Of a stretch of 64,000 bases of DNA, positions 20,441-31,335 are shown in pieces. Position 1 is the first letter of the stretch; every line of letters starts with the position of its first letter. The notes under the pieces were generated by a model. It did not search any database. It saw only the letters and a list, made by a program, of their open reading frames with translations, and was not told the DNA's origin. A program made the translations under genes and the position numbers. Source of the stretch: an uncultured Rhodospirillaceae bacterium. GTDB lineage: Bacteria > Pseudomonadota > Alphaproteobacteria > CAAGCB01 > CAG-977. Location: contig USCC01000001.1 in the NCBI GenBank assembly GCA_900553035.1, positions 6,157-70,156 on the forward strand. Reading direction: 5' to 3'.

Positions 20441-21835
20441 TTAATCCCCGGTCAGAAGCCGGTCGATGAATTCCTTGACCGTCGGCAACTGGCCGTCCTT
20501 AAAGAACGGATCCGATGCGAAACGGACAGCATTCGAGCCGGCGAACATCAGTTCCTGCTCCACCGGATAGCCGTGTGCGATGCGGTACAGCTTTTCCTGA
20601 ATGCAGAAATAACGCGGGTCGGGGATTTTTCCGGTCGTGTTTCCGGGAGCCGACTGGGACCAGCTGGAAAACATGCAGTGAGAAATGCACCCCATGCAGT
20701 TCGTGCGTGCCCGCTGGATATCCTCGTTGTTTTTCGGCGTTACGAAAACGATGTGCTCGTCCGCCGTCCGCAGAGGAACCGTCCGGCCTTCTGAAAAATA
20801 CCCGTCGGCCTTTTCCTTATTCGCCGCCGAAATATAGACTTTCCGGCTTCCGATCATGAAAGGCGTCTGGAAATCACCCGAAGGAGCTTCCGCATACGGC
20901 ATTGCCGTTTTTGAACGCTCAAACAGGTCATTCAGAAAATCATTGCGGATTGCCGACGATGCAAAGCCCGTCGGGCTGAACCGCTGGACAACGACATCTC
21001 CGGGTTTCAGGGAAAGCAGCGTTTTCTGCCATGCCCTGGCCACCGGGCTTTCCCGGGTCAGCAACGACCGGGTTCCAAACTGGAATGCCGTCGGGCCGAC
21101 TTCCGGATTGTCAATGAAATCCTGAAATTCGCGCAGGTACCAAACTCCGCCGGCAATGATGATCGGGGTTTTTTCCAGCCCGACTTCCCTCATCGCGTTG
21201 CGGAGTTCCAGAACGCGCGGGTACGCGTCCTCGGACACATCGGCGTCCTCGTTGTTGGACAGGCCGATATGCCCCCCGGCTTTCCAGGGATCTTCATAAA
21301 CGACGCCGCCAAGGAACTCCCTGTAGGAGTGGTAGGCGCGCGCCCACAGCGCTTTGAAAGCGCGCCCCGACGAAACAATCGGATAATAGAAGGTTTTGAA
21401 AGACGCGGCAATCTGCGCCAGTTTGTAAGGCATTCCCGCGCCGCAGGTGACACCGTGAATCAGCCCTTTGGCGTTTGCCAGGACTTCTTCCAGAATCGTG
21501 ATCGCCCCCCCCTGTTCCCATAAAACGTTCAGGTGGATGCGGCCAAGCCCGTTGGAAATTTCATAGGCCAGCCGCGCCTGAGACAGACACCCTTCAATCG
21601 AATGGCGCACCTGTTCTTCGAACCTTTCACGGCGCGACTTGGCCTTGATTTCCATCGGAATCACGTTACCGTCTTTATCAACGACGTCGGGAATGACGCC
21701 GGAAATCGTGCCGACCGCATTGGCGGCGGCCCAGGCTCCGGCTGTTTTCCCCGTACTGACGGCGACGCCTTTGCCGCCTTCAATCAGGGGAAGAACTTCA
21801 GCGCCGGATATAAGCAACGGTTTCAGAAGCTTCAC
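20441..21835 (-). CDS. nitronate monooxygenase (NMO/2-nitropropane dioxygenase) family flavin oxidoreductase
   Basis: 464 aa. Long-form NMO-like layout with GVTCGAGMP and IIIAGGV segments. The GTG start is preceded by AAGGAG with a 7-nt spacing. Confidence 0.75.
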   Translation of the reverse strand: MKLLKPLLISGAEVLPLIEGGKGVAVSTGKTAGAWAAANAVGTISGVIPDVVDKDGNVIPMEIKAKSRRERFEEQVRHSIEGCLSQARLAYEISNGLGRIHLNVLWEQGGAITILEEVLANAKGLIHGVTCGAGMPYKLAQIAASFKTFYYPIVSSGRAFKALWARAYHSYREFLGGVVYEDPWKAGGHIGLSNNEDADVSEDAYPRVLELRNAMREVGLEKTPIIIAGGVWYLREFQDFIDNPEVGPTAFQFGTRSLLTRESPVARAWQKTLLSLKPGDVVVQRFSPTGFASSAIRNDFLNDLFERSKTAMPYAEAPSGDFQTPFMIGSRKVYISAANKEKADGYFSEGRTVPLRTADEHIVFVTPKNNEDIQRARTNCMGCISHCMFSSWSQSAPGNTTGKIPDPRYFCIQEKLYRIAHGYPVEQELMFAGSNAVRFASDPFFKDGQLPTVKEFIDRLLTGD

Positions 21836-21858
21836 GGGAAATGCTCCTTGTTCAATGG

Positions 21859-24003
21859 TTACGACACCGCCTGTTCCGGCGTTTCCTTTTCCAGATCTTC
21901 GCCGGTTTCCTGATTCACCCGCTTCATGGAAAGCTTCACTTTCCCACGGTTATCAACGCCGATGCATTTGACTTTGACAGAATCACCTTCATTGACGACG
22001 TCGGTCACTTTCGCAACGCGCTGAGGCGCCATTTCGGAAATGTGAACCAGACCGTCCTTGGACCCCAGGAAATTCACGAAAGCGCCGAATTCAACGACTT
22101 TGACGACCTTTCCGTCATAAATCGCGCCGATTTCGGGTTCCGAAACAATTCCGGCAATCCACTTGTAAGCGGCTTCACCGGCTTCCTGAGAGAAGGAGGC
22201 GATTTTAATCAACCCGTCTTCGCCCACGTCGATTTTGCATCCGGTCGTTTCCGTAATTTCACGGATGACCTTGCCGCCTGTGCCGATCACGTCGCGGATT
22301 TTATCCTTGTTGATCTGCAAGGTGGTGATGCGCGGCGCGTTTTCGCTGACAGCATCACGCGGTGCGGCCAGGGCTTCGGCCATTTTGCCCAGAATGTGCA
22401 TGCGGCCTTCTTTCGCCTGTTTCAGGGCGATATCCATGATTTCCTTTGTAATGGACGTGATTTTAATATCCATCTGCAGGGACGTGACGCCGTTTTCCGT
22501 TCCGGCGACCTTAAAATCCATGTCGCCCAGATGGTCTTCGTCACCCAGAATATCGGTCAGAACGGCGAAACGTCCGTCTTCTTCCTTGATCAGGCCCATC
22601 GCGATACCCGCAACCGGGTGTTTCATCGGAACGCCGGCATCCATCAGAGCCAGACAGGAACCGCACACCGTCGCCATGGAAGAGGAACCGTTCGATTCCA
22701 TGATTTCCGAAACGACACGAATCGAATACGGAAATTCTTCTTTGCTCGGCAACATCGGATGAATCGCACGCCAGGCCAGCTTGCCATGGCCGATTTCACG
22801 ACGTCCCGGAGAACCGATACGGCCCGTTTCGCCCACGGAATACGGCGGGAAATTGTAATGCAACATGAACGGCTGGCGGTATTCACCGGTCAGAGCGTCA
22901 ATGATCTGTTCATCCTGATCGGTTCCCAGCGTCGCAACGACCAGCGCCTGTGTTTCGCCGCGAGTAAACAGGGCGGAACCATGAGCGCGCGGCAAAAGGC
23001 CGACTTCCGCCGTAATCGGGCGGACGGTCTTCGTATCGCGGCCGTCAATGCGGATACCGGTGTCCAGAATGGCGTTGCGGACGACTTCGGCTTCCAGAGC
23101 ATGGAAAACACGCGCGGCCACAGCGGCTTCGGCTTCGTTTTCGGCAACAGAGGCTTTTGCCGCTTCGCGGATTTCAGCCACCTTGTCCTGACGAGCCATC
23201 TTGTCGGTGATTTTATAGGCTTCGCGCAAAGCGTCGCCGAAATCACGCAGGAATTTTTCGCGGACGATCGCTGTTTCGGGAGCCGGTTCCGGAAGGGACC
23301 AGGGCTCTTTCGCGCACATCTCGGCCAGTTCGATAATCATGTTGATGACCGGCTGCATCTGTTCATGGCCGAAGGTGACCGCGCCGAGCATGACTTCTTC
23401 GGACAGTTCGTGCGCTTCGGATTCGACCATCAGGACGCCCTGTGCCGTACCGGCAACAACCAGGTCAAGTTCGGACGTTTCGCGTTCCGGAACCGTCGGG
23501 TTCAGGATGTACTGACCGTCCCTGTAACCGACGCGCGCGGCGCCGATGGGCCCCAGGAAAGGCAACCCCGACAGTGTCAGAGCGGCGGAAGCGGAAATCA
23601 TCGCGATCACATCGGGATCATTTTCCATATCGTGGCTCAAAACCGTGCAGGTCACCTGCGTATCGTTGCAGTATCCCTTCGCGAACAGCGGACGGATCGG
23701 ACGGTCGATCAGGCGTGCGGCCAGAATCTCATGTTCAGCCGGCCGACCTTCGCGGCGGAAGAACCCGCCCGGGATGCGGCCCGCCGCATACGTCTTTTCC
23801 TGATAGTTAACGGTCAGAGGAAGGAAATCCCCTTCCATTCCCTCGGGAACGGATTTCGCGGCACACACCGCGCAGTGAACCATCGTTTCGCCGTATTTCA
23901 CGATCACGGAAGCATCCGCCTGACGGCCGACTTTCCCTGTTTCGATCGACAGCGGACGACCGCCCCATTCGATTTCCTTTTTGAATTCTTTAAACATAGA
24001 CAT
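21859..24003 (-). CDS. pnp: polyribonucleotide nucleotidyltransferase (PNPase)
   Basis: 714 aa with two RNase PH domains, KH ([15 protein letters not shown]) and S1 ([15 protein letters not shown]). Confidence 0.97.
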   Translation of the reverse strand: MSMFKEFKKEIEWGGRPLSIETGKVGRQADASVIVKYGETMVHCAVCAAKSVPEGMEGDFLPLTVNYQEKTYAAGRIPGGFFRREGRPAEHEILAARLIDRPIRPLFAKGYCNDTQVTCTVLSHDMENDPDVIAMISASAALTLSGLPFLGPIGAARVGYRDGQYILNPTVPERETSELDLVVAGTAQGVLMVESEAHELSEEVMLGAVTFGHEQMQPVINMIIELAEMCAKEPWSLPEPAPETAIVREKFLRDFGDALREAYKITDKMARQDKVAEIREAAKASVAENEAEAAVAARVFHALEAEVVRNAILDTGIRIDGRDTKTVRPITAEVGLLPRAHGSALFTRGETQALVVATLGTDQDEQIIDALTGEYRQPFMLHYNFPPYSVGETGRIGSPGRREIGHGKLAWRAIHPMLPSKEEFPYSIRVVSEIMESNGSSSMATVCGSCLALMDAGVPMKHPVAGIAMGLIKEEDGRFAVLTDILGDEDHLGDMDFKVAGTENGVTSLQMDIKITSITKEIMDIALKQAKEGRMHILGKMAEALAAPRDAVSENAPRITTLQINKDKIRDVIGTGGKVIREITETTGCKIDVGEDGLIKIASFSQEAGEAAYKWIAGIVSEPEIGAIYDGKVVKVVEFGAFVNFLGSKDGLVHISEMAPQRVAKVTDVVNEGDSVKVKCIGVDNRGKVKLSMKRVNQETGEDLEKETPEQAVS

Positions 24004-24023
24004 CGTTTTCTTTTACTCCTTCA

Positions 24024-24125
24024 CTCTCCGACCTCTTCGGAGAGACGTCTTTCGTCTTCAGATAAATTTACAAATCTATTTTTTTGCCGGAACCCGTTTC
24101 TTTGAAAGGAAAAACGGATTCCGGC
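24024..24125 (-). promoter_or_regulatory. structured rpsO-pnp intercistronic leader (two stem-loops)
   Basis: A 14-bp imperfect stem GCCGGAA(C/T)CCGTTT / AAACGG(A/G)TTCCGGC (24086-24125) not followed by a U-run on the transcribed strand, plus CTCTCCGA / TCGGAGAG (24024-24044) abutting the pnp ribosome-binding site GAAGGAG. Confidence 0.5.
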
Positions 24126-24144
24126 GCAAATGCCCTGCACACAA

Positions 24145-24414
24145 TCAGCGGCGCAGACCCAGACGGGCGATCAGCTTCTCATAGCGGGAAACATCCTTCC
24201 CCTTCAGATAGTCCAACAGGCGGCGGCGCTGCCCGACCATGATCAACAAACCGCGGCGGGAATGGAAATCCTTCCCGTGCTCCTTCAGGTGCTCTGTCAG
24301 ATTTTTAATACGTTCTGACAAAATGGCAACCTGTACTTCCGGTGAACCCGTATCGCCTTCCTTCGTTGCGTATTCCTTGATCAGTTCCTGTTTGCGTTCC
24401 TGCGTAATCGACAT
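24145..24414 (-). CDS. rpsO: 30S ribosomal protein S15
   Basis: 89 aa from the ATG at 24414: [15 protein letters not shown]...[29 protein letters not shown]. The listed ORF extension to 24543 overlaps truB and is rejected. Confidence 0.95.
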   Translation of the reverse strand: MSITQERKQELIKEYATKEGDTGSPEVQVAILSERIKNLTEHLKEHGKDFHSRRGLLIMVGQRRRLLDYLKGKDVSRYEKLIARLGLRR

Positions 24415-24437
24415 CGTATTCTCCTGAAAAATAATGT

Positions 24438-25361
24438 TTATACAATAACGCGCACGGGACGAATCAATCCGTCCTGCACGCGCACCAGAGCCGTCAGACG
24501 GCCGCCGCATTTCGCCTGCATTGTCGTGCCTTCGCAGACGCAAACGCCGGGCGTCCTGTCCGCAATCGGGCCGACCGGCAGAAAGCCGCCGTTCGACAGC
24601 CGTGTTGCCTCCGTTTCCGTCAAAGCCAGAGCGAGGATGTCGTCCAGCACGGTTTCGACGGGCAGAAGCACACGAGATTCCATTGAAATATGCCCCAGAG
24701 ATTCAAGATATTCCAGTGAAAAAGCATTTTCCTCGGAAAATTTTCCGCACCGGATGCGCCGAAGAGCACAGACATGGCCGCAGCATCTCAACCTTTCCGC
24801 CATGTCCCGGGCCAGGGAACGCACATACGTCCCTTTGCCGCAGGCGACCTCAAAATCGGAAACGTCCGGCTCGGGACGTCCCACAAGCGTCAGAGAATCA
24901 ATGCGAATCCGGCGCGGCGTCAATTCAACCGTTTCGTTCCGCCGCGCAAGGTCATAGGCGCGGCGTCCGTTGACATGCACCGCCGAATAAGCCGGCGGCG
25001 TCTGCAGAATATCTCCGGTGAATTCCGGCAGAACAGCCCGGATATCCTCATCAGAAGGACGGATATCGGATCGAGCGATGACTTCACCTTCGGCGTCATC
25101 CGTCGCCGTCGTCTGTCCCCAGCGTACGGAAAAACGGTAGGCTTTGGCTCCGTCCATGATATGGGAAATCGTTTTCGTCGCTTCGCCCAGAGCCACCGGA
25201 AGGACTCCCGAAGCCGCCGGGTCAAGCGTTCCGCCATGTCCTGCTTTCTGCGCGTTAAAAAGCCTTTTGACAATCGCGACCACGGACGTTGAACCGATGC
25301 CCGCGGGCTTGTCAACAACAACCCACCCGCTGACAGGTTCACCCTTGCGCCGCCGGCTCAT
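24438..25361 (-). CDS. truB: tRNA pseudouridine(55) synthase
   Basis: 307 aa. [13 protein letters not shown] and the catalytic-Asp motif [19 protein letters not shown]. Confidence 0.95.
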   Translation of the reverse strand: MSRRRKGEPVSGWVVVDKPAGIGSTSVVAIVKRLFNAQKAGHGGTLDPAASGVLPVALGEATKTISHIMDGAKAYRFSVRWGQTTATDDAEGEVIARSDIRPSDEDIRAVLPEFTGDILQTPPAYSAVHVNGRRAYDLARRNETVELTPRRIRIDSLTLVGRPEPDVSDFEVACGKGTYVRSLARDMAERLRCCGHVCALRRIRCGKFSEENAFSLEYLESLGHISMESRVLLPVETVLDDILALALTETEATRLSNGGFLPVGPIADRTPGVCVCEGTTMQAKCGGRLTALVRVQDGLIRPVRVIV

Positions 25362-26146
25362 GCCTCCTCCCGGATCACACCGAAGTGCCGAAGTGCCTTG
25401 TAAATGCCGTCCGCATCCACGTCATCCGTCACATACCGAGCCGCCGCCTTCACTTCGTCCGGGGCGTTCCCCATCGCAATCCCGATGCCGGCCGAGCGCA
25501 ACATGTCAATATCGTTGCCGCCGTCGCCGAAAACCATAACATCGTCCCCGGAAAAACCATACCGTTCCGCTACCCGCGCAATACCGACAGGCTTCCCGCC
25601 GTCGGCTCCCGTCACATTGATAAATGTCGGATACCACCGCAGAGCCTTACATCCCGGCAAACAGCGCATCAGTCCGGCTTCCTCTTCCTCCGTCACATAA
25701 GCGGTCAGCTGAAAAACCGCGCCGTCCCATGCCGAAACATCGCCGCAGACCGGCTCAACATCCGACATGCCGACCAGATCCAGCAGACGGCGGACACGGT
25801 CATCCACCCGATTGAACACATTGCGCTCAACCGTTTCAAAACAGCAGGCGATGTTATTTTCCTTCATATAAGGAACGGCATCCCGCAAAGCATCGTCCGG
25901 AAGCGGTTTCTGATAGATCACGCCCTCTTTGTCGAAACAGTACTGTCCGTTGAAAGCCACAATACCGTCAAAATCGAAATATTCCTTTAAAAAAGCCGTA
26001 TCGTTGGGCGAACGACCCGTTGCCGCAAACACCCTGATTCCGGCCCGGCGCAACAGATGCAACGCCCGCCTTGTCGATTCCGGCATACGGTGCGTTTTAA
26101 AGCTGATCAGTGTTCCGTCAATATCGAAAAAAACCGCCTTCGTCAT
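25358..26146 (-). CDS. Cof-type HAD-IIB phosphatase
   Basis: 262 aa. FFDIDGTL, ATGRS and GDGGNDIDML. Its stop forms an ATGA overlap with the truB start, and its ATG lies 1 nt after the rbfA stop. Confidence 0.85.
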   Translation of the reverse strand: MTKAVFFDIDGTLISFKTHRMPESTRRALHLLRRAGIRVFAATGRSPNDTAFLKEYFDFDGIVAFNGQYCFDKEGVIYQKPLPDDALRDAVPYMKENNIACCFETVERNVFNRVDDRVRRLLDLVGMSDVEPVCGDVSAWDGAVFQLTAYVTEEEEAGLMRCLPGCKALRWYPTFINVTGADGGKPVGIARVAERYGFSGDDVMVFGDGGNDIDMLRSAGIGIAMGNAPDEVKAAARYVTDDVDADGIYKALRHFGVIREEA

Positions 26147-26147
26147 T

Positions 26148-26555
26148 CTACTCTTCTTCGTCGGGGCGAGGGGTCAGATCCCGGCGGACCTTCTCGGAAG
26201 CCAGCAGAGCATCGATCCGGTCGGCTTCTCGGAACGACTCGTCGGAAAAGAAGCGCAGTTCGGGCGCCACCCGCAGACGCAGATTTTTTGCCAGAACCGT
26301 CCGGAAAAAGCCGCGGGCCAGATTCAAACGCTTCACCAGTTCCAAAGACAGCTCCACGTCATTCCCCAGCGGCACGACAAAGACCTTGCAGAACGAAAAA
26401 TCCGGCGACACCCGCGCTTCCATCACGGAAACGGGAGGGATGTCCAGCAGGGATTCCGGCACATGGCCGCGTGTGAAGCAATCCGAAAGCAGATGGCGGA
26501 TCTGTTCCCCGACCCGCAACTGCCGCTGTGAAGGCGGCTTGGAATTCGATCTCAT
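26148..26555 (-). CDS. rbfA: ribosome-binding factor A
   Basis: 135 aa. QRQLRVGEQIRHLLS...V..V.VSPD...KVFV and position between infB and truB. Confidence 0.9.
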   Translation of the reverse strand: MRSNSKPPSQRQLRVGEQIRHLLSDCFTRGHVPESLLDIPPVSVMEARVSPDFSFCKVFVVPLGNDVELSLELVKRLNLARGFFRTVLAKNLRLRVAPELRFFSDESFREADRIDALLASEKVRRDLTPRPDEEE

Positions 26556-26567
26556 GGCCGGCCTTCC

Positions 26568-29129
26568 TTACACACGGATTTCTTCAAGCTTCGCCGCGAT
26601 TTCCTCGATTTCGAAGCATTCCACGACGTCACCCACCATGATGTCGTTATAGTTTTCAAACGACATGCCGCATTCGTATCCTTCGCGGACTTCCTTCGCA
26701 TCGTCCTTGAACCGTTTCAGCTGAGACAGCCCTCCGGTGTAAATGACAACATTGTCGCGCAACAGACGGACTTTGGCTCCACGCTTTACGATGCCTTCCG
26801 TCACCATACACCCGGCGACCTTGCCGATTTTGGAAATCGAAAAGACCTGGCGGATAGCGGCGTAACCGATGATGTTTTCCTTCAGCTCGGGAGCCAACAT
26901 GCCTTCCAGAGCCTTCCGGATATCATCCGCCACATTGTAAATGATGGAATGGTAGCGTATTTCAATACCGTCGCGCTTTGCCATATCACGCGCCTGTGTG
27001 TTCGCACGGACGTTAAAGCCGATAATCAAAGCGTTGGAGGCTTTCGCCAGAGTCACGTCGGATTCGTTAATGCCGCCGACCGCTGCATGCAGGACATGGA
27101 CGCGAACCTTGTCGTTCGCAATCTTGTTCAGCGTTGCGGTAATCGCTTCGACAGACCCCTGAACGTCCGCCTTCACGACGACGGGCAGTTCCTTGACTTC
27201 GCCGGCCTTGATCTTGTCAAACATCTGTTCAACGGCTGAACGGGCGCTCTTGACCTGCAGGGCTTCGCGTTCCTTGCGCTGGCGGTAGTTTGCGATTTCA
27301 CGCGCCCGGTCTTCGGAAGCGACGACAACGAAATCATCGCCCGCCGACGGCGTTGACTGGAAGCCGATCACCTCAACCGGCATGGACGGCGTTGCCGCCT
27401 CAACACGCTGGCCGCGTTCGTCAACCAGAGCGCGGACACGCCCCCAGTCCTTTCCGGCTACGAAAATGTCGCCCTGTTGCAGGGTTCCACGCTGAACCAG
27501 AACTGTCGCCACGGAACCGCGCCCCTTTTCCATTTTGGCTTCGACGATTGCACCTTCCGCCGTATGATCCGGATTGGCCTTCAGATCCAGCACTTCCGCC
27601 TGAAGCAGAATCGCTTCAATCAGCTTGTCCAGATTAATGCGTTTTTTGGCCGAAACTTCGACAGCCAGGACATCACCGCCCATGCTTTCGACAACAACTT
27701 CCTGCGTCAGAAGATCGGTCCGAACCTTATCCGGGTTTGCGCCCGGGACGTCAATTTTGTTGATGGCCACGACAATGGGCACCCCGGCCGCTTTCGCGTG
27801 ACGGATGGCTTCAATCGTCTGGGGCATGATGCCGTCGTTCGCGGCAACCACCAGAACAACGATGTCGGTCACTTTCGCCCCGCGGGCACGCATTTCCGTA
27901 AAGGCCGCGTGACCCGGCGTATCAATGAAGGTGACGCGCTGGCCGCCTTCAAGACGAACCTGGTACGCACCGATATGCTGTGTAATGCCGCCGGCTTCAT
28001 GGCTGGCGACGTCCGTCGAACGCAGATTGTCCAGCAACGATGTCTTGCCGTGGTCAACGTGTCCCATGACTGTGACGACGGGCGGACGCGGCTGTTTCAG
28101 TTCTTCGGGATCATCCGTGTCACGCAGACCTTCCTCGACATCAGCGTCAGCAACGCGGCGGGCACGGTGCCCCATTTCTTCAACAACGATCTGAGCCGTA
28201 TCGGCGTCAATCGTCTGAGTGATTGTGGCCATGACGCCCAGCTTCATCAGCTGTTTTACGACGTCCGCGCCGCGTTCGGACATGCGGGAAGCCAGTTCCT
28301 GAACCGTAATCGTTTCCGGAATGACGACGTCGCGGTAAACCTTTTCGGCCGGCTTGGCCGCCCCGAACATTTTCTGCCGTTCCTTTTCACGGGCGCGCCG
28401 GATGGAAGCCAGACTCCGGCCGCGTTCCTCACGGTCGCCGTCCGCGCTCATCAGGCTGGACAGATTAACCCGACCGCCGCGCCATTTGTTGTCGGCGCCG
28501 GTTTTTTTAGCCGCATGAGCCCGGTTTTCTTCCTCGCTGCGCGTATCCCGCCGCTTCGGCGCCGGTTTCGTGCGGCGGTTTTCCGCCTCGATCTCTTCCG
28601 GCGTCATTGCCGGCGCAACCGCCGCCGGGCGGCGCGGTTCAAACGTACGTTTCGGCGCTTCCGGACGGCTGTCCGTTTTACGGTTTTCGGTACGGGGACG
28701 GCTTTCTTCCGCCGGCGCGGCGTTTTCGCGTGCCGGTTTCGCAGCGTCTTCAGCAGCCCGCCGTTTTGCTTCGGCCGCTTCCTCCGCGGCTTTTCTTTCG
28801 GCTTCTTCGGCGGCGCGCTTTGCGTCTTCCTCGGCCTGGCGCCGGGCTTCTTCGTCCGCTTTCATCGCTTCTTTCAGAACCTTGAGCCGGTGTGCTTTTT
28901 CACGGTCCAGCGCTTCCGCGGGCGTTTCGCCTTCGCGCACCGCCGATACGCCCCCGCGGCCGTCCGTCACAAAAGAGCGTTTTTTACGCACCTCGACCTG
29001 GACAGGTTTTGACCGGCCGTGAGAAAAGCTCTGATGGACGCGCCCGACTTCGACCGTCTTTTTCAATTCGAGCTTCGGACGGGAAAGCGTCAAAGGTGTG
29101 TTTTTTGTCTTATCGTTAGCGTCAGTCAT
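26568..29129 (-). CDS. infB: translation initiation factor IF-2
   Basis: GTPase G-domain [24 protein letters not shown] and NKID, with a low-complexity Ala/Glu/Arg N-domain. I prefer the ATG at 29129 (ATGA overlap with the ylxR stop, GAGG 10 nt upstream) over the TTG at 29138 that opens the listed ORF. Confidence 0.93.
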   Translation of the reverse strand: MTDANDKTKNTPLTLSRPKLELKKTVEVGRVHQSFSHGRSKPVQVEVRKKRSFVTDGRGGVSAVREGETPAEALDREKAHRLKVLKEAMKADEEARRQAEEDAKRAAEEAERKAAEEAAEAKRRAAEDAAKPARENAAPAEESRPRTENRKTDSRPEAPKRTFEPRRPAAVAPAMTPEEIEAENRRTKPAPKRRDTRSEEENRAHAAKKTGADNKWRGGRVNLSSLMSADGDREERGRSLASIRRAREKERQKMFGAAKPAEKVYRDVVIPETITVQELASRMSERGADVVKQLMKLGVMATITQTIDADTAQIVVEEMGHRARRVADADVEEGLRDTDDPEELKQPRPPVVTVMGHVDHGKTSLLDNLRSTDVASHEAGGITQHIGAYQVRLEGGQRVTFIDTPGHAAFTEMRARGAKVTDIVVLVVAANDGIMPQTIEAIRHAKAAGVPIVVAINKIDVPGANPDKVRTDLLTQEVVVESMGGDVLAVEVSAKKRINLDKLIEAILLQAEVLDLKANPDHTAEGAIVEAKMEKGRGSVATVLVQRGTLQQGDIFVAGKDWGRVRALVDERGQRVEAATPSMPVEVIGFQSTPSAGDDFVVVASEDRAREIANYRQRKEREALQVKSARSAVEQMFDKIKAGEVKELPVVVKADVQGSVEAITATLNKIANDKVRVHVLHAAVGGINESDVTLAKASNALIIGFNVRANTQARDMAKRDGIEIRYHSIIYNVADDIRKALEGMLAPELKENIIGYAAIRQVFSISKIGKVAGCMVTEGIVKRGAKVRLLRDNVVIYTGGLSQLKRFKDDAKEVREGYECGMSFENYNDIMVGDVVECFEIEEIAAKLEEIRV

Positions 29130-29812
29130 TCTGAACAAGCCTCATCATTTAATACGTTTAAGCTCTTATGAGCGTATTCGAAGCGGCGGCGAACCTCCGA
29201 AACGAAAACGTCCGTCATGGCGCCGGGTTTCAGCGCCGCGTGGATGCACCGTTCGCGCCCCAAAGCGCCGGCCATTTCATCGCCGGTCATTACTTCCAGC
29301 ACCGGGATTCCTTTCGCCAGACGAACGATTTTCTCCCGTCCGTCCGCAGCGCCGTCCGTCGCTTCCAGAAGATAGGCGACCCGCCCTTTCTGAAGTGCCG
29401 CAACGACTTTTTCAAACCCCGATACGACCAGCCCCGCTTTCCGCGTCACGCCCAGGAGATCCCGGCACCGTTTCTCAAAAAGCCGTTCCGTCAATCCGGC
29501 CAAGTCGTCCGGATAAGCTACTTTACCGCCCGCCGCCTTTGCAAACAAGTTTTTTGTCACAGCGGTTCGTACGGCATCCGCGTCGGCCGAAACCCAGATT
29601 CCGCGTCCCGGCAGACGGCATGCCAGATCGGGAACGACCATCCCGTCCGGCGAAACACAGAAACGGATCAGACGCTCTTTGGGAAGCGTCCGGCCCGTCA
29701 CGATACACTTACGCACCGTTTCGGCCGTTTTCCGATCTGCCGCGGCGGTTCCGTCATGTTCCGGAGCCGCCGCCGGCGTTTTTTCAGGCTTTCGGGTTGC
29801 CGTTTTCGTCAA
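29126..29812 (-). CDS. YlxR(DUF448)/L7Ae-like fusion RNA-binding protein of the nusA-infB operon
   Basis: [18 protein letters not shown]...PGRGIWV (DUF448), followed by an L7Ae-like [17 protein letters not shown] segment. The ORF opens at a TTG (29812, overlapping the nusA end); a GTG at 29716 is an alternative start. Confidence 0.78.
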   Translation of the reverse strand: MTKTATRKPEKTPAAAPEHDGTAAADRKTAETVRKCIVTGRTLPKERLIRFCVSPDGMVVPDLACRLPGRGIWVSADADAVRTAVTKNLFAKAAGGKVAYPDDLAGLTERLFEKRCRDLLGVTRKAGLVVSGFEKVVAALQKGRVAYLLEATDGAADGREKIVRLAKGIPVLEVMTGDEMAGALGRERCIHAALKPGAMTDVFVSEVRRRFEYAHKSLNVLNDEACSE

Positions 29813-31316
29813 ACCAGTGCTCCCGAGCCTTCATGATCAGCGCGTCCGCGTCATGGGCCGTCATGGTGTTTTCACCCAAAATCTCCAGCAGTTCCTCGTT
29901 GGCCAGGTCGGCAAAGTCGTCCAGCGTCCTGACCCCTTTTTCCGCCAGCTTAACCAGCATTTCCTGCGTCAGCCCCTCAAAGCGAATCAGGCTGTCGTCA
30001 ATGCCCAGTTCCTTGCTGCGGACGGCGAATTCGGCGTTCTGCTTTTCCACATAGGCACGAGCCCTGTTCTGCAGCTCCGTCGCGATTTCCTCGTCAAAGC
30101 CCTCGATTGAAGAAATGTCTTCAAGCGGAACAAACGCGACTTCCTCGACAGAAGAGAAGCCTTCCGCGACCAGAAGATGCGCGATGACATCATCAACGTC
30201 CAGAGCCGAAATGAACATCTGTGTGCGAACTTTTGCTTCGCTCTGGCGGCGTTCGGATTCTTCGGCCTCGGTCAGAATATCGATGTACCAGCCGGTCAGC
30301 TGGGACGCCAGACGGACGTTCTGGCCGCGCCGGCCGATCGCCAGGGAAAGCTGATCGTCGGGGACGACGACTTCAATGCGGTGTGCTTCCTCGTCCAGGA
30401 CGACTTTCGCGACTTCGGCGGGGGCCAGGGCATTGACAATGAAAACTGCAATGTCGGGCGACCACTGAATGATATCGACTTTTTCGCCCTGAAGCTCGGT
30501 CACGACGGCCTGAACGCGGGCGCCGCGCATACCGACACACGCGCCGACCGGATCAATCGAGGAATCCGAAGTCGTCACCGCCATTTTCGCACGCGAACCC
30601 GGATCACGAGCCACGGCCTTGATTTCAATCACGCCATCATAAATTTCCGGCACTTCCTGTGTAAACAGCTTCGCCATGAACTGCGGATGCGTGCGGGACA
30701 GAAAGATCTGCGGACCGCGGGGTTCCTGACGGACATCCATGATGTAAGCGCGGATACGGTCGCCGTTGCGGAACATTTCGCGGGGAATCAGCTCGTCACG
30801 GCGCAACTGCGCTTCGGCGCGTCCCATGTCGACAACAATGTTGCCCATTTCGACGCGTTTGACGATACCATTGCAGATTTCGCCGATGCGATCCTTGAAT
30901 TCATTGTACTGGCGCAGACGTTCCGCATCACGGACTTTCTGAACGATCACCTGCTTTGCTGTCTGGGCGGCAATGCGGCCGAAATCAATCGGCGGCAGCG
31001 GGTCAATGATAAAATCGCCCACGTTCAGAGACGGATCTTTTTTCCGCGCGTCTTCAACGGTGATCTGTGCCGCTTCGTTTTCGACGTTTTCGGGTGTTTC
31101 GACGACTTCGATATAGCGAGCCAGGCGGATTTCGCCGGTCTTCCGGTCAATTGTCGCCCGGATGTCGTGTTCCAGACCGTATTTTGAACGCCCCGCCTTC
31201 TGGATGGCAAATTCCATTGCGGTTAAAACTTCGTCTTTTTCGATGCCCTTGTCGCGGGCGACCGCATCGGCCACCTGCAACAGTTCGGGACGCGGTAAAG
31301 CTGCCGTATGTTCCAT
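29784..31316 (-). CDS. nusA: transcription termination/antitermination factor NusA
   Basis: 510 aa. S1 domain, two KH domains (VGACVGMRGARVQAV, AIGRRGQNVRLASQLTGW) and C-terminal acidic repeats. Confidence 0.96.
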   Translation of the reverse strand: MEHTAALPRPELLQVADAVARDKGIEKDEVLTAMEFAIQKAGRSKYGLEHDIRATIDRKTGEIRLARYIEVVETPENVENEAAQITVEDARKKDPSLNVGDFIIDPLPPIDFGRIAAQTAKQVIVQKVRDAERLRQYNEFKDRIGEICNGIVKRVEMGNIVVDMGRAEAQLRRDELIPREMFRNGDRIRAYIMDVRQEPRGPQIFLSRTHPQFMAKLFTQEVPEIYDGVIEIKAVARDPGSRAKMAVTTSDSSIDPVGACVGMRGARVQAVVTELQGEKVDIIQWSPDIAVFIVNALAPAEVAKVVLDEEAHRIEVVVPDDQLSLAIGRRGQNVRLASQLTGWYIDILTEAEESERRQSEAKVRTQMFISALDVDDVIAHLLVAEGFSSVEEVAFVPLEDISSIEGFDEEIATELQNRARAYVEKQNAEFAVRSKELGIDDSLIRFEGLTQEMLVKLAEKGVRTLDDFADLANEELLEILGENTMTAHDADALIMKAREHWFDENGNPKA

Positions 31317-31335
31317 AAGTGTCTTCCCTTAAATT

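Noticed and set aside
21841-24105. A 754-aa plus-strand ORF that covers the whole pnp gene on the opposite strand.
   Set aside because: It is in the same codon register as pnp (both start positions are 1 mod 3). Its stop codons would therefore correspond to the sense codons TTA, CTA and TCA, which a biased, highly expressed gene avoids. The translation is low-complexity (rich in R, F, H, D, N and G) with no motif, whereas pnp on the minus strand is unmistakable. It is a shadow ORF.
28560-28900. Repetitive GC-rich nucleotide texture (GCCGC/GGCGG runs) suggesting tandem repeats.
   Set aside because: It encodes the normal low-complexity Ala/Glu/Arg/Lys-rich N-terminal domain of IF-2 ([25 protein letters not shown]). 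No exact tandem unit is discernible.
27477-29012. Other very long antisense ORFs: 511 aa opposite infB, 511 aa opposite addB (42204-43739), 435 aa opposite murJ (61589-62896), 430 aa opposite recF (9603-10895), 394 aa opposite mutS (57573-58757), 347 aa opposite the DivL-like gene, and 336 aa opposite nusA.
   Set aside because: Each lies opposite a gene with clear family motifs, and the ones I checked share the pnp-type codon register. They have Arg/Pro/Gly-rich featureless translations and no ribosome-binding sites that I could see. Their number reflects GC-rich codon bias, not overlapping genes.
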